Under the pieces are notes generated by a model. That model saw nothing but the letters and a program-made list of their open reading frames with translations. It ran no database searches and had not been told where the DNA came from. The position numbers were made by a program, and so were the translations under genes. From Scenedesmus sp. PABB004 (taxonomy: Eukaryota), in the NCBI GenBank assembly GCA_014905635.1, contig JABVCE010000003.1, positions 496,001 through 560,000 of the forward strand: DNA of 64,000 bases, written 5' to 3'. Each line of letters opens with the position of its first letter. Within the stretch, counting starts at the first letter, position 1. Shown piece after piece: positions 39,835-52,928 of the stretch.

Positions 39835-40549
39835 TCACCTGCCCAGCTGGTTGCGCATGTGCTGCTGCTGCGCCGCCGCCGCCGCCGCAGCTGCCGCCTG
39901 CGGCGGCATCGCCTGCCACAGGCCCGGCAGGCCGGCAGCGCCGGCGCGCGCCGCCAGCGCCTGCTGCTGCTGCTGCTGCTGCTGCATCGCCGCCGCCATC
40001 GCGGCCGCGGCGGCAGCGTGCTGGTGTGCCATGCCCTGCTGCTGCTGCTGCTGCTGCAGTGCCCAGAGCTGCCCCTGCACGCCGGCCAAGCCCGCCAGGC
40101 CCCCCGCCAGCTGCCCCAGGCCGCCCGGCGCCATGCCGGCGAGGCCCTGCAGCCCGCCCACGCCGCCGCCGGCGAGCAGGCCGCGCCCCCCAAACGCGTG
40201 CACCTGGCCCAGCGCGGCGGCCATGAGCTGGTCCTGCTGCTGCGCGGCGGCAACCGCCGCCGCCGCGTGGTGCGCGACCGCCTGCTGCCGCGCCTTGCTG
40301 ACGGCCGCGGTCGCCGCCGCCGCGGCCGCGGCCGCGAGGTTGGCGGCATGCATGTGCTGCGGGGGAAGGCGCCCCCCGCGCCGCCCCCGGCAGGGCTGAA
40401 CGGCGAGGCGGCGGGCGAGGGCGCCGCGACGCCGCGGCGCCCGCCCGCCGGCAGCGCAGCGGTGCCGGCAGAGACGGGCGCGCCGGCCCACGCGCCGGCG
40501 CCGTCGCCGCCGGGGAGGCCGCCCCACGTGCCGGCGAGCGCAGCAGCAA

Positions 40550-40619
<70 letters not shown>

Positions 40620-40940
40620 GTGCTGGTGCTGCTGCTGCTGGTGGAGCCATGCCTGCGCGCCCTGAGCCCGCGGCAGGCTGTCGGCCGTGCTGTTGCTGTT
40701 GGCGCTGCTGGGGCGTGGCGGGGCGAGGGCCGCGAGCGAGCCGCCGCCCTGCAGCAGGCCCTCCGCGCCGCCGCTGCGCCCGCCCACCCGGCCGTCCAGC
40801 TGGCGCGGACGCGCGCCCCCGCCGCCGTCGCTGCCCGCGGTGTCGGGGCGGCTGGCCGCGCCCGAGTCGCCGTCCAGCAGCGACATTATGCTCAGCAGGT
40901 GCGGCGCGCCTCCCGGGGAGCCGCCCAGCGGCGAGCCCGG

Positions 40941-41003
<63 letters not shown>

Positions 41004-44000
41004 CGGCAGGCTGCTGCAGGCCGTTGACGGCCGTGGCGGCAGCGCCTGACGGCCGGCGCCGGCGCCGCCCGGCAGCTCCAGTGAGGGCCGGCCGCCGCCG
41101 CCGCCGGCGCCCAGCGAGGCGGCGTGGCCGAGCGAGGCCAGGCCCAGCGGCGCGCTGCCCGCGCTCTGCAGCTGCAGCGAGCCCGCCGGGCGCTGCGGGT
41201 CGCCAAACGCGGAGCCGCCGCCAAACGGCTCGAACGCGCTGGCGGCGCTGCTGCTGGGCGGCAGCTGCATGGCCGCGCTCGCGCGCGCCGCGCGCAGCGC
41301 CGCCAGGCCGCTCACGGCGCCGCCGGCGCCCGCGCCGGCGCCGCCGTCGATGGCCGCGCCGTCGCCGTGCGCCGTCGCGCGCTGGAACAGGCGGTGGCCG
41401 CCGGGGCCGGCCGCGCCCGAGGGCATGTGCACCACCTCGTCCCGCGCCGACAGCCCTGCGCTGGGGCCGCGAGCGGCGCGGGCGACGCCGCGGGCGACGC
41501 CGCGCCGCGCGCCGCCGGCGGCACCGGCGAGGCCGGCGGCAGTGGGGCCGAGACGCGCGGGGCGGCGGGCTCGGGGCTTGAGCCCGCCGCGCCCCCTGCC
41601 GCCGCGGCCGCTGCCGCTGCCGCCGCCGCCGCCGCTGCCGCTGCGGCCTCCTCCTTGGCGGCCTGCGCGGCGGCGTAAGCCTCCGCCGGCGTGGGCCCGA
41701 AGTCCAGCAGGGAGGGCGCCGACTGCGGCGGCGCGGCGGGCGTCGCCGACTGCGCCGCGGCCGCGGCCGCCGCGGCCGCCTTGGCGGCTGCCTTGGCCGC
41801 CTTCTTGCTGAGGCCCGCGGGCTGCGGCGCCGGCGGCGGCTGGGCGGCCTTCTTGGCGCCGGGCGCGCCGCCGCCCGCGGCGGGCGCGGCGGGCTTGGCC
41901 TTGCCGCCCGCCGCGCCGGCGGCAGGCTGCACGGGGGCCGCGCCGGCCTTGGCCGCCTTGGCCGCCTTGCCGGCGGCCGCCGGCGCCGCTGCCGGCTGCG
42001 CCGCCGCGCCGGCCTTGGCCTTGGCGGTCACGCCGTTGGGCGCGGTGGCGGCCGCCGCCGCCGGCGCGGCCGGCCCAGCCGGCGCGGCCGGGGCGGCCGC
42101 GGCCGCCGTCTGTGCGGCGGCCGCCCGTGCCGCCTTGCCCGCCGCCTTGCTGGGCTTGGCGCCGCTGCTGAGGAGGCTGCGGTCGCCCGAGCCCGCCGCC
42201 GCCGCGAGCACCGCCGCGGCGTCCGCGAGCGCCTGCTGCTCGCGCAGGAGCGCCCCGGCCTGGCTCGCCTCGGCGCCGCGCTTCGCCGGCTGCTGCTCGC
42301 GCACGCTGGCCGCCTCTGCCTGCAGGACCAGCGCGGCCTCGTGCGCCGCCGCCTGCTGCTCCAGCTCGCGGCGGCGCTGCGCCAGCTCCGCCTCGATCGC
42401 CGCCTCGCGCGCCGCGCGCGCCGCCTCGCGCTCAAACGCGCGCGTCGCCGCCTCGGCCGCGAGCGCCACCGCCGCGCCGTCGTCGGCCGCCTCGGGCGGC
42501 TGCTGCGGCTGCGGCCGCGCCTCCTGCCGCGCCTTGCCCTTTTTCGCCTTGGCCGGCGCCTTGGCCGCGCCGCCGCCCGCGCCGCCGCCGGGCGCGCCGC
42601 CGCCGCCGCCGCCCGCGTCGGCGGCGGCCGCCTGCGCGCGGCTCGCGTCCTCCTCTGCAGCGAGCTCCTGCAGCAGCGCCTGGCTGCGCCGCTCCTGCGC
42701 GGTCGCGGCCGCGGTCTCGATCGCGCGCCGCACGTGGCGCAGCGCGGCGTCGTGGATGTCAAACGTCAGGTCGACGCTGGGGCGTTGGTTCAGGACAGCG
42801 GGGGAGGGGGGGCAGCACGGTGTGGGGCGGCGGCGGACGGCGTCGGCGGCGGCCACCGAGCAGCAGCCGCTGCACAGCGGCATGCGCGCGCGCGCGCGCG
42901 CGGCGCCGCACCACGCGAGCTGCTGCACGCGGTTGCGCAGGCCGCTGAGGTCGTCGGCGGCCGCGCTGAAGCTCGCGTCGTGCTCGTCGCAGCGCTCCTT
43001 GGCCCACTTGCTCGCGCGCACGAGGAGGTCGTACTGCCGCGCCCCGCCGCGGGGCTCGTACTGCCCAGCGTACAGCTTGACCGCCTCGGCCACCCACAGC
43101 ACGCGGTACATCAGGCACTCCAGGCGCTGCGCGAGCCACGCGCCCGCCGCGGGCGCGGCCGCGGGCGCGGGCGCGCCGGCGGCCGCGGCGCCGCCGCCGC
43201 CCGGCGCGTAGCAGGCGCAGCCCGGCGCGCCGTCGTCGCCGGGCGGCGCCGCGGCGGCGGCGAGCGACGCCGCGGTCAGCGGCGGCGCCGGCGCCGCGAG
43301 CTGGGCGTCGAGCTCGGCCAGGTTCTTGCGCCGCACGCCGATCTGGCGCGCCTGCTCGCGCACGCGCGCGAGGTCGGCGCCCGCGTCGGCCGCCGCGAGC
43401 TCGGCCGCCGCGGCGGTGGCCTCGTCGCTGGTGATCGCGGCGCGCGCGGCGTCGATGCTCGCGCGCAGGTCGGCCAGCTTGCCGCGGTGCTCCGCCTCCT
43501 TGGTCGCCTTGTCGAGCAGGTCCTTCTTGCGGTGGCTGCCGGGGCCCTCGGCCGTGAGCCGCGCGACGTCGGCCTCCGCCGCCGCGAGCTCGGCGCGGCG
43601 CGCGAGCAGGCGGTCGCCCGCCGCGGCCGCGCGGCCGCGCGCGCCCGCGGCCTCGTCCTCCAGCATCGCCTCAACCAGGGACAGCACCGACAGCTCGCGC
43701 TCGAGCAGCGCGCGCGCGTAGCGCGTGCTCGCCTCGCGCGCGAGCGCCGGCGCGGCGCGCAGCACGTCCACCGCAGCGCCGCACAGGTACAGCGGCGCGA
43801 CCGCGCCCAGCCGCGCGGCGAGCTGCGACGCCGCGGAGCCGCCGCCGGCGGCCGGGCCGCCCGGCGGCGGCGGCGGCAGCGCCGCCAGGCCCGTCGCGCC
43901 GCGCGGCGCGTCGCCGCCGCCGTCCGCGCCCGGCGCCAGGCCCGGCGGCTCCGGGGCGGACGCGCCGGGCGCGGGCAGGGCGGGCGCCGGCGACGCGCCG

Positions 44001-47000
44001 GCGCCGGCGCCGTCGCCACCCGCGCCGCTTGCGCCGCTGGTGCAGAGGCTGGTCAGCAGGGCCTCCAGGAAGGCCGCCGCCTGCTGGCCGCTGCAGTGCT
44101 CGCCCGCGTCCTCCTGCGCGCGCACGACGGCAAACTGGTTCTGCGGGGCGGCGAGCGCTTGCCGGCGTCAGTAGGCGTCTGGCCGGCGGCGTCAGCAGGC
44201 GGGCCCGCGGCGCGGCGCGGCGCGGCGCGGCGCGGCGCGGCGCAGGCTGCCCCTGCGTGCCGCGGGCGCGGCGCCCGCCGCGCGGTGCGCGCCTTGATGT
44301 TCTGCCGCAGCGCCTCCAGCACGCGCCGCTTGTCCGCGGCGCGCTGCATGCGCCGCCACGCGCCGGCCATGCCGCCGTAGAGCTCCAGCAGCGCCGCGCC
44401 GCGCTCCATGCCGCAGCGCAGCGCCGCCTGGTTGGCCGCAAACTCCTCCGCCTGGCTGCTCGCGATGTTGCCGTAGACCCAGCGCAGCACGCGCGTCGCG
44501 CCCGCGTCGGCGGCGGCGCCGCCCGCGCCCTGCAGGTGCTGCAGCCACCACGTCGCCGGCAGCAGCACCGGCTGCGGCGCCGCGTCGGCGGCGGCGCCCG
44601 CGGGCTCGGCCGCACAGGCGCCCGTGGCGCCGGCGGCCGCCTTGGCCGCGCCCTTGCCGCGCGCGCCGCCGCGCTTGCCGCCGCCGGCCCTGCCGCCGCC
44701 GGGCGGCGGCGCCGGCGCCGGCGCCGGCGTGGCTGCGCCGGGCGCCGCCTCGCCGGCGTCGCGCGGCCAGAGGCGCGCCACGAGCGCCTCAAAGGTGAGC
44801 TCGTCGAGGTTGTGGAGCGTGAACAGCGGGCTGCACCCCGCGTCCTCGTCCTCCCCCAGCGCGCTGCCGCTCGCCGAGTCGTCGCTGTCGCTGCGCCCCG
44901 GCGGCAGCGTCGCGTCGTCGTGCTGGCGCACCAGGTAGGCCAGCGCCATGCGCAGGTCCCCCGGCGCGAGGCAGCGCAGCGCCGCGCGGACCATCGGCGG
45001 CGACAGGTACGACGCCTCGGGCGCGGCCACAAACTGCGCCACGAGCGCGCGCTCGGACGGCGCCAGCCCCGCCGCGGCCGCCGCCGCCGCGGCGGCCGCC
45101 TGCGCGGCCGCGGCGTCGCCGTCGCCGCCGCCGTCGCCGCCGCCGTCGCCGCCGTCGCTGCCGCCGGCGGGGGCGCTCAGCGGCGCGAGCTTGCGGCGCA
45201 CAAAGTCCACGAGGCAGCCGAGGGCCTCGTCCGCGGCGTCCTTGTCCGCCGCGTAGACCTGGGCCGTGCAGCGGATGATCTCATCCACCAGCAGGGCCTC
45301 ATCCATGGCCACGACGCCGCCGACCGGCGCGGCGCGCGCGCGCGGCGGCGCCGGCAGCGCCAGCGCGCGCGCGTCGCCGGCCGGCGGCGCGTCGGGCTCC
45401 AGCGCGCCCGCGGCGCCGTCCGCGCCGTCGGGCGCCTGCCGGCTGTCCTTGGCCGCCGGCGTGCGCGGCGAGCAGGGCGCGCTGCTGCTGGCGCCGCCGG
45501 GCGCCGCGCCGCCGCTGGGCGCGGACGCGCCGCGCGCGCCCAAGGGCGGCTGCGGCGCGTGCGCCATCGCGCTGCTGTCGCTGAAGCGCCGCGCCACGCC
45601 GTGCGCCTGGTTGCCCTGGTCGGGCGCCGCGGCGCCGTCGCTCGCCGCGCCGTCGTGGCCCTCCTCGCCCTCGCTCCACTGCAGCAGCTTCTTAGGCAGC
45701 CAGTCCCGCCAGGTGCGGCCGGACGCGGTGGGCGTGCCCGCGTCGCCGCCGCTCGAGCAGCTGCCGCCGCTGTCGGGCGCACGCGCCGTGCCCAGCGGCG
45801 GCAGGTCCGGCAGCCCCGCCGCCGGCGGGGCTGCCGCGGCGGCGCCGCGATCGCTGCCGGCGCCACCCAGCGCCTGCTGCGCCTGCTGCGCCTGCTGCTG
45901 GTGCTGGTGCTGCTGGTGCTGGTGCTGGTGCTGCTGCCGGTGCCGCTGAAGGAGCGCCAGCGCCGCGCCCGCGGCGGCCGCCGCCGGCTCGCCCTGCTGC
46001 AGGCCCTTGCGCGCGGCGTGCACCGCCTCCAGCTCCGCGACGAGCTCGCCCGACAGCGCGTCGCCGCCGCTGCCGGGTGGCGCGGCGGCGCCAAACACAA
46101 ACATTCCCGGCGCACCTGCAGCCACGGGGCCCGGCGCCTGCTCCTGCGACGCGGCGCCGCCGCCGTCGTGCACCGCGGCGGACAGCCAGGCGAGCTGGCG
46201 CTGCTGCTGCGCCGAGAGCTCGCCCTTGACCGGCGGCGCGCCGCGCTCCGGCTCGCCGTCGTCGTCCTCGCCGTCGCAGGTGCTGAAGCTGTCGCGCGTG
46301 CTTATGAAGTCGCTCCCGCTCTCGCTCCAGCCGCAGCCCAGGCCGTGCGGCGCGACGCGGGTGTACGCCGCCTCGGCCGCCCCCGCGCCGGCGCTCGCGG
46401 CGACGCCGCGGAAGCACTGCAGGCACAGCGTGTGCCCCGCCGCCGCCGCCGCGCCCGCCGCCGCGGCCGCCTGGCCCTGCTGCTGGCCCTGCTGGCCCGC
46501 CGCCGACGCTGCTGCGTAGTACATGCCCACCACCTCGGCCGCGCACTTGCTGCACGTGACGTACGACAGCGCCGTCGCGCCGACGGCTGCGCCCGCGACG
46601 CTGCTGCCCGCCGCGAGCAGCTGCGCGGCCGCCGCGTCGACCGCGGGCGGCACGAGCCCGCGGCTGAGCGGCCCGCCGCCGAGCGGCGTAGGCGCCTTGA
46701 CGCGCACGAGCTGCTCGTGGCAGGCCTCCACGTGCGCGCCAAACTCGGACGCGGTCTGGAACTTGCGGTCGCACGCGGCGCACAGCCAGTAGCGCGCGCT
46801 CACGTTGGCCTGCTCCCGCAGCAGCACCAGGCCCTCCAGCAGCCCCTCCGCCGCCTCGACGCCGCGCTCCGCCTTGACGCCTGGCGGCGGGCGGCGCGCG
46901 GGCGCGCGGGCGTGCGGTCAGCGCCCGCCGCCGCGACTGCGCGCCGCGGGCCGCCCCCAGCGCCGCGCCCGCGCCTGCGCTGCGCGCGCGCTCACCCTCC

Positions 47001-47115
47001 AGCAGGGACGGCAGCGGCACCTGCAGCAGCGCCGCGCGCTGCTCGGGGCTGCAGCTGCGCCAGAACGCCTCGACGTCCGCGAAGCGCTCGCGCCGGCTGC
47101 GCTCGCCGCGCTTGC

Positions 47116-47147
<32 letters not shown>

Positions 47148-47937
47148 GGCCGGGCGCGACCGCCGCGGCCCTTGCCGCGCGCGCCCGCACCGGCGGCGGC
47201 CGCCTTGGGCGCCGCCGCGGCCGCCGCCGGCGCCAGCGCGTGCCAGGGCCGCTCGACGCTCAGCGGCAGCGGGCCGAGCTCGTCGGCGCCGACGGCGCTG
47301 AGCGGCGCGGGCGCCTCGCACGCCCCGGCCGCGGGCAGCGCGCCGGCCGGGCGCAGCAGGCGCAGCAGCTCGCCAATCGCCGCGTGGTGCAGCTGCGCGG
47401 TCGGCAGCTGCAGCGCGCCGCCGCCGCCGCCGCCGGGCGTGGCGCCGTTGACGCGGCTGCTGGCCAGCATCTGGTGCTCGGCGCCGTAGGGGCGCAGGAT
47501 GTGCTGGAGCAGCGTGATGACGCTGTTGACGGGCACCTGCGTGCTGTCCAGCAGCGCGTGGCAGCTCGAGAGCACCTGCTGGATGCTGCCGAGCACGCTG
47601 CGCTTCTCCGCCAGGATCTCGCGCCACCGCCCCGCCGCGGCCCACTCCAGCACCTTGTCCTGCAGCTGCGGCGCGGCGCGGCGCGGGGCGGGGCGGGGAC
47701 CGTGTCGGCGCGCCTGCCCGCGCGCGCGCGCGCGAGCGCGCGGGGGCGGCGCCGGCGCGACCGCGGCGCGGCGCCGGCGGCCGCACCAGGCTGCAGGGGT
47801 CGCAGGTCGTGTGGCTCGCCGTGGCCAGGGAGATGACGGGCTCCTCGAGCGCCGGCCGCGGGTGCTCCAGCGCGGCGCGGCAAGCCTCGATGCTGCCCCG
47901 GAAGCGCTCGCGCAGCTCCGAGCACTTGCGGTCGAGC

Positions 47938-47968
<31 letters not shown>

Positions 47969-48591
47969 GCGGCGCGGCGCCGCGCGCGCCCGGCGCGCCG
48001 CCCGCCGGGCTCAGCAGCGCGCTCTCCTCGACCAGCAGGTTGATGGCCAGCGTCGCGCGCAGCGCCGCGCAGCTGAGGCTGTTGGGCGAGAGCGCCGCGG
48101 CGCGCACCGCCGCGTCGTAGGCCTCGCGCAGCAGCGCGATGCGCCGCGCGCTCGCGCCGCCGCCGGCCGCGCCGTTGATTGAGCCGGCGGCCTCGTGGTA
48201 GATCAGGCGCGCCTGCGGGCGGAGGGCGGGGCGCCGTCGGCGGGCTGGCGCTGCGGGCGCGTGGCCGCCGGCGGCGCGTGGCCGCCGGCGGCGCGCGGCC
48301 GCCGCGCGCACCAGGTAGCGCAGGGGCAGCGCCGCGCCGCTGGACTCCGCCAGCGCTGCCAACTCCGCCTTGGCATCGGGCCTGGCGGGCGGACGGGCGG
48401 ATCCGGCGTCGCGCGCGCGCGCAGTGCGCGGCTGCTGCTGCTGCCCGGGCGCGCGTGCCGCCCCACCTCGCGCCGCGCTCGTAGTCGCTCAGGATGGCCT
48501 GGCACGCCACGGCCAGGGCGTCGCTGCCGGCGGGCGGCGCCATGGCGCCGGCCGGCGGCCCTTTGTCGGGCGGACCCTCAGTTCGGGCCAT
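39835..48591 (-). CDS. Large DUF627/DUF629-like protein with C2H2-type and degenerate ZZ-like zinc fingers, coiled coils and an A/Q/G-rich tail
   Basis: [77 protein letters not shown] and VLRWVY resemble plant UCH-related DUF627/DUF629 proteins. Needs introns plus frame corrections near 41465 and 40363. The 3' end is uncertain. Confidence 0.68.
40550..40641 (-). repeat. (CAG)n/(CAGCAC)n coding repeat, polyQ/QH tract
   Basis: Long CTG run on the + strand. Confidence 0.9.
40944..41003 (-). repeat. (GGC)n coding repeat, polyglycine
   Basis: Long GCC run on the + strand. Confidence 0.9.
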
Positions 48592-48854
48592 CGTTGCGGC
48601 CCGCACGCAGCGCCATGGATGGCCGGCTGCTGTGGGGTGTCTGTGGCCGTTCGTGGCGGCGCGCAGCGCGCTGGCTGGGTGGGTCGCTGTTTTTAACAAC
48701 ATCGAGCGCCCGCTCCGACGAGCGCCCGCTTTGGACGCCCATTGGCGCCCCCAGACGCCCGCCCACGCCAGGCACGCACGTCCCGTCACTCGCTGCACGT
48801 CCGCACGCACGCCGCACCGCGACGCGCCGCCGCCGCCGCTGCTGCCGCGCCGCC

Positions 48855-50141
48855 ATGGCGCTCCTGCGGCAGCGCCAGCCGTGCTCGCGGCGCGCCGCCG
48901 TGTCCTGCTCGGCGCAGGCGGTGCGCTTCCGGCCCTGCATCGACATCCACCAGGCGCGCGGCGCGGCGGTCGCCGCGGTGCGGGGCAGCGGTGCCGCCCG
49001 CCGCCGGCCGCCGCCCAGCGCGCGCCGCGCCGCTGCAGGGAAAGGTCAAGCAGATCGTGGGCTCGACGCTCAAGGACCTGCCGAGCAGCAGCAGCAGCGG
49101 CAGCAGCAGCGGGTGCGGCGGTCGGTCGCGCGGCGGCCGCGTCGGCGGCGCTTTTTGCTGCCGCCGCCGCCGGGGCCGCCCGCTCACGCCGCGCGGCGGC
49201 GGCGCAGGGGCGACCCCGCGGAGCTGCGCACCAACTTTGTGTCGGACAAGCCGTCGTCCTGGTTTGCCGAGCTCTACCGCCGCGACGCGCTGCCGGGCGG
49301 GCACGTGATCATGCTCGGCGCCGACGACGCGAGCCGGTGCGGCGCGGCGGCGCTGCAGCGCTGCCGCCTTTCCTTTGCAAGCCCCGCCCGCGCGCGCGCG
49401 GCGCCCGCCCGCCCACGCGGCGGCCGCCGCCGCCGGCGCCGCCGCGTGGCCCAGGCAAACGGCGCTCGAGGCGCTGCGCGCGTGGCCGGGCGGGCTGCAG
49501 CTCGGCGGCGGCGTGAGCACGAGCAACGCGGGCGACTACCTCGACGCGGGGGCGAGCCACGTCATCGTCACGTCGTTCGTCTTCCGGGAGGGCCGCTTCG
49601 ACGAGGAGCGGCTGGACGCGCTCGTCAAGCAGGTGGGCAAGGCGCGGCTCGTGCTCGACCTGAGCTGCCGGCGGCGCGGCGACGGGGGCTACTATGTGGT
49701 GACCGACCGCTGGCAGCGCTTCAGCAGCCTGCGCGTCGACGCGGCCACGCTCGAGGCGCTCGCGTCGCGGTGCGACGAGTTCCTGGTGCACGGCGTCGAC
49801 GTGGAGGGCATGCAGCTCGGCATCGACGACGACCTCGTGTCGCTGCTCGGCGAGGCGTCGCCCATCCCCGTGACCTACGCCGGCGGCGCGCGCACGCTGG
49901 TGCGGCGGCGGCGCGGGGGGGGGGGGGCCGCCGCGCGCGGGCGGCCCGCCCGCCCCCGTGCCGACGGCTGTGCCGCTCGCCCGCCCGCGCGCAGGAGGAC
50001 CTGGACCGCGTTGCCGCGGCGGGGCGGGGGCGCGTGGACATCACCGTGGGCAGCGCGCTGGACGTGTTTGGCGGGAAGCTGCCGTACGCCGACGTCGTGG
50101 CGTGGCACAAGGCCCAGGCGGCGCGCGCGGTCGCGGCGTGA
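48855..50141 (+). CDS. HISN3: ProFAR isomerase (His6/HisA eukaryote type), probably plastid-targeted
   Basis: Transit-peptide-like N-terminus, then [90 protein letters not shown]. Confidence 0.96.
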   Translation: MALLRQRQPCSRRAAVSCSAQAVRFRPCIDIHQARGAAVAAVRGSGAARRRPPPSARRAAAGKGQADRGLDAQGPAEQQQQRQQQRVRRSVARRPRRRRFLLPPPPGPPAHAARRRRRGDPAELRTNFVSDKPSSWFAELYRRDALPGGHVIMLGADDASRCGAAALQRCRLSFASPARARAAPARPRGGRRRRRRRVAQANGARGAARVAGRAAARRRREHEQRGRLPRRGGEPRHRHVVRLPGGPLRRGAAGRARQAGGQGAARARPELPAARRRGLLCGDRPLAALQQPARRRGHARGARVAVRRVPGARRRRGGHAARHRRRPRVAARRGVAHPRDLRRRRAHAGAAAARGGGGRRARAARPPPCRRLCRSPARAQEDLDRVAAAGRGRVDITVGSALDVFGGKLPYADVVAWHKAQAARAVAA

Positions 50142-50432
50142 GCCCTCGGCAGCCGAGCGGGCGCGCGGCGGCGGCGCGTGCAAGAAAACCCCGCCGGGTC
50201 ACTGTGACCGAGGCCGTTCCTGCGGCGGTCCCCAGTCGCGCCGCCGATCAGCCGCCGCCACCGCCCGCGCCGCCGCTGCCGCCGCCGCCGCCCAGCAGAG
50301 CCAAGCGCTGCACGCCGCCGCGGCTCGGCCGGTCTGCGCCAGTCCGGCGGGCTCGCCTCCGCGGCACGGAGGCGCCGTGCCTGCGCCTTCTCGCAGCCAG
50401 CCGGGCCGCCAGCGGCGCCTGAGAACGCAGCA

Positions 50433-51096
50433 ATGGTGTTCATGGGCATCCACGGCGGGCCCTCGCGGTGAGGGCCGCTCGCGGCGCAGGGACGCGCTGT
50501 CAGGCGTGAAGGCGGTCTGCCTGGAGCCTCCGCCGCGCCGGCAGGGGCGGCGTGGGGCGCCGGGCGGCGGCAGAGATCGAGCGCGCATCGCGCGCCCCCC
50601 TCCCGCCGCGCCGCAGGTGCTACAACTTCTGGATGGACTTCCAGGAGGTGAGACAGCCGCTAGCGCCGCCCTGGGCGCGGGCCGCTGCCGCCGCGGCGGC
50701 GACGCGGGCCGGCATTTGCCCCGCGGCGCCGCCGCTGCTCGCTGCTGCCGCTCCCGCCGCCGCCGACCGCGCCGACCGCGCCTGCTGCTCGCCGCAGTGC
50801 ATGCACGAGAGCGCCACGGAGCCGCTCAAGTGCAAGGCGCTGGCCGACGACTACCTCGAGTGCCTGCACCACCGCAAATACGTGAGCAGCAGCGCTGCTG
50901 GGGAGCGCCCGCGCCCGCGCGCTCCCCAGGGGGACGCGGCCGCGGCGGCGGCAGCCGGCGGCGGCACTAGCGCGGCCACCGCAGCCGCTGACCGCGCCGC
51001 CGCCGCCGCGCGCAGTACGAGCGCCAGCTGACCATCGAGCGCGAGCGGAGGCGGCAAGAGGCCGAGGCAGCGGCGGGCGGCAAGGCCCACCACTGA
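50433..51096 (+). CDS. NDUFS5: Mitochondrial complex I 15-kDa subunit (twin CX9C)
   Basis: Four exons (introns 50468-50616, 50648-50797, 50882-51015) give [54 protein letters not shown]..., with two CX9C motifs and the typical DYLECLHH. Confidence 0.9.
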
Positions 51097-51294
51097 GCAG
51101 CAGCTGCGGGGCGGGGTGGGAATGGGGGAGATGGGGGGGGGCAGCAGCGGCGGCTGCGTGGGCGCCCTGGCCGGGCGCGCGCGGCGCTGCGGCGACCGCG
51201 GCGCGGCAGCCGGCCAGCGAGGCGGTGCGCCGCCGGCTGGCGGCGGAGCGCGTAGTAGGCGCGCGCGGCGCGGTGGCAGGAATTGCATTGAGCA

Positions 51295-51299
51295 TGTAA
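51295..51299 (+). terminator. TGTAA polyadenylation signal (NDUFS5)
   Basis: About 200 bp after the NDUFS5 stop. Confidence 0.6.
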
Positions 51300-51305
51300 G
51301 GCGCC

Positions 51306-52789
51306 TCAGCTGGCCGCCCCGGGCGCGCCCCTGCCTACCGCGCTGCCCGCGCCCGCCTGGTCGCCGCCGCCGCCCGCCGCTCGCCCGGCGGCAGCGTCTG
51401 GTCGCCCGCCGGCGGCTTGCGCCATCTCGCGGATGCGCAGCGAAGCCAGGTGGTATTTGAGCTTCAGCGTCTCCAGCGCCGCGTCGCGTGCCGCGTGCGC
51501 CGCCTGCTGCTCCAGCAGCGCGGCGCGCTCGGCCGCGAGCGCGCGCTCCTTGTCCCGCAGGCGCACCTCGGTGGCGTGCCGCTGCCGCCGGTCGCGCGCG
51601 CCGACCGCGCGCAGCGCCTCGCTCGTCGACAGCAGCGCCTCGCGCAGCTCGTGCGAGCGGTGGGAGAGCGCGTGCCGGGCGCGCGCGTCCTGCTCGGTCG
51701 CGGCCGCCACGGCCGACGCCAGCTCCGCCGCGTCGGCCGTGGCCGCGGCGGCCGCGCCCTCAGCGTACAGCAGCGACTCGCGCATGGCCGCGTGCTCCGC
51801 CTGGCGCAGGCGGCGGCGGCATGCGCAGCGGCCGGGGCGCGAGGTCGGCTGACCGGCGGCGGCGGCAGCGTCACGGCGCGCGCCCGCACCGCCGCCGGCG
51901 TGCCTGCGCCGTTTGCAGCGCGTGTGAGGTGTTGTGCAGCTCCACCGCGAGCTCCTCCGCCTGCGACTGCAGCGCCGCAACGCGTGCCTGCTCCGCCGCG
52001 AGCGCGGCCACGGCGCTGGCCTGCAGGTCCGCCAGCTCCCGCTTGAGCGCCGCCTGCGCGCGCCGCGGCGGGCAGCGGCGCGTGAGCCTGCGGCCGCTGG
52101 CACCGCCGGTGGCGCCGCTGACCGAGCGGCGGCCAGCCAGCGCCGCCGGCGGCGGCTCACGCTCTCCGCCACGATCCCCGCCGTGTCGGCGCGGTGCTCC
52201 TCGTCCACGCGCACCACGAGGTCCACGATCCACTTGGTTTTCTGGCCCTCCTTCTGCGCGGCGCGGCAGCTGGCTCGGCTGCAGCAGCACGCTGCACGCG
52301 CCTGGCTGGCCAGCCAGGTGCCGGTCCTTGCCATGGCAGGCACCGGCGGCCGGGCTGGCCCTGCCGCGCGCGCACCGCGTTGGCGCCGGCGTGCTTCTGG
52401 ATGAGCGAGATGGCGCGCACGCGCTGCCTGCGGCGCCGCGGGCGGCGGCGCGGGGCGTCGGCCGCACCGCAAGCAGAGAGCACCCGCCCCGGCGCGACGG
52501 CGACGCACTTGGCTTTCTCCTTGCCCAGGCTGGGTCTGCCCTTGGGCCGACCGGGCTGCGGCGGCGCCGCTGCAGCGGCCTGCGGCGCGCGGCAGCGCTC
52601 GGGCCCGCCGCTGCGGCTGGGCCGCGCGGCACAGAGCGCGAGGAGGCGCGGCTGCTGGCTGACGGAGCGCACCTGGGGCACAGGGATGACCTCCGGCTGC
52701 TCCTGGGCGGCCTCTGGCGCCTGCTCCTGCTGCGCGCTCGCCGGCGCGCCCTGCTCCGCAGCCGCGGCGCCGGGCGCCGCGTCGCTCAT
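51306..52789 (-). CDS. Coiled-coil protein of unknown function with AT-hook-like GRPKGRP
   Basis: Multi-exon: MSDAAPG..., GRPKGRPSLGKEK, RVRAISLIQKH, KTKWIVDLVVRVDEEH, ALKRELADLQ...LETLKLKYHLASLRIREM heptads. Confidence 0.62.
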
Positions 52790-52928
52790 GGCTGCGCTCT
52801 GGCGGGCGCGGGACGGCTGCAGCACGCCGGCTGGACGTTTCTCGTGAGCGTGGAAGCTGCGGGCGCGTTTTGGATCGAGTCGCGTGCGGAATCGTTCGTT
52901 TGACCGGTCAACGCTCTCGTCGGCCGCC

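Noticed and set aside
13564..48591. Functional cluster of ubiquitin and chromatin/RNA-silencing genes
   Set aside because: These are large gene classes and no shared regulatory motif is visible. Adjacency is plausible by chance without synteny data.
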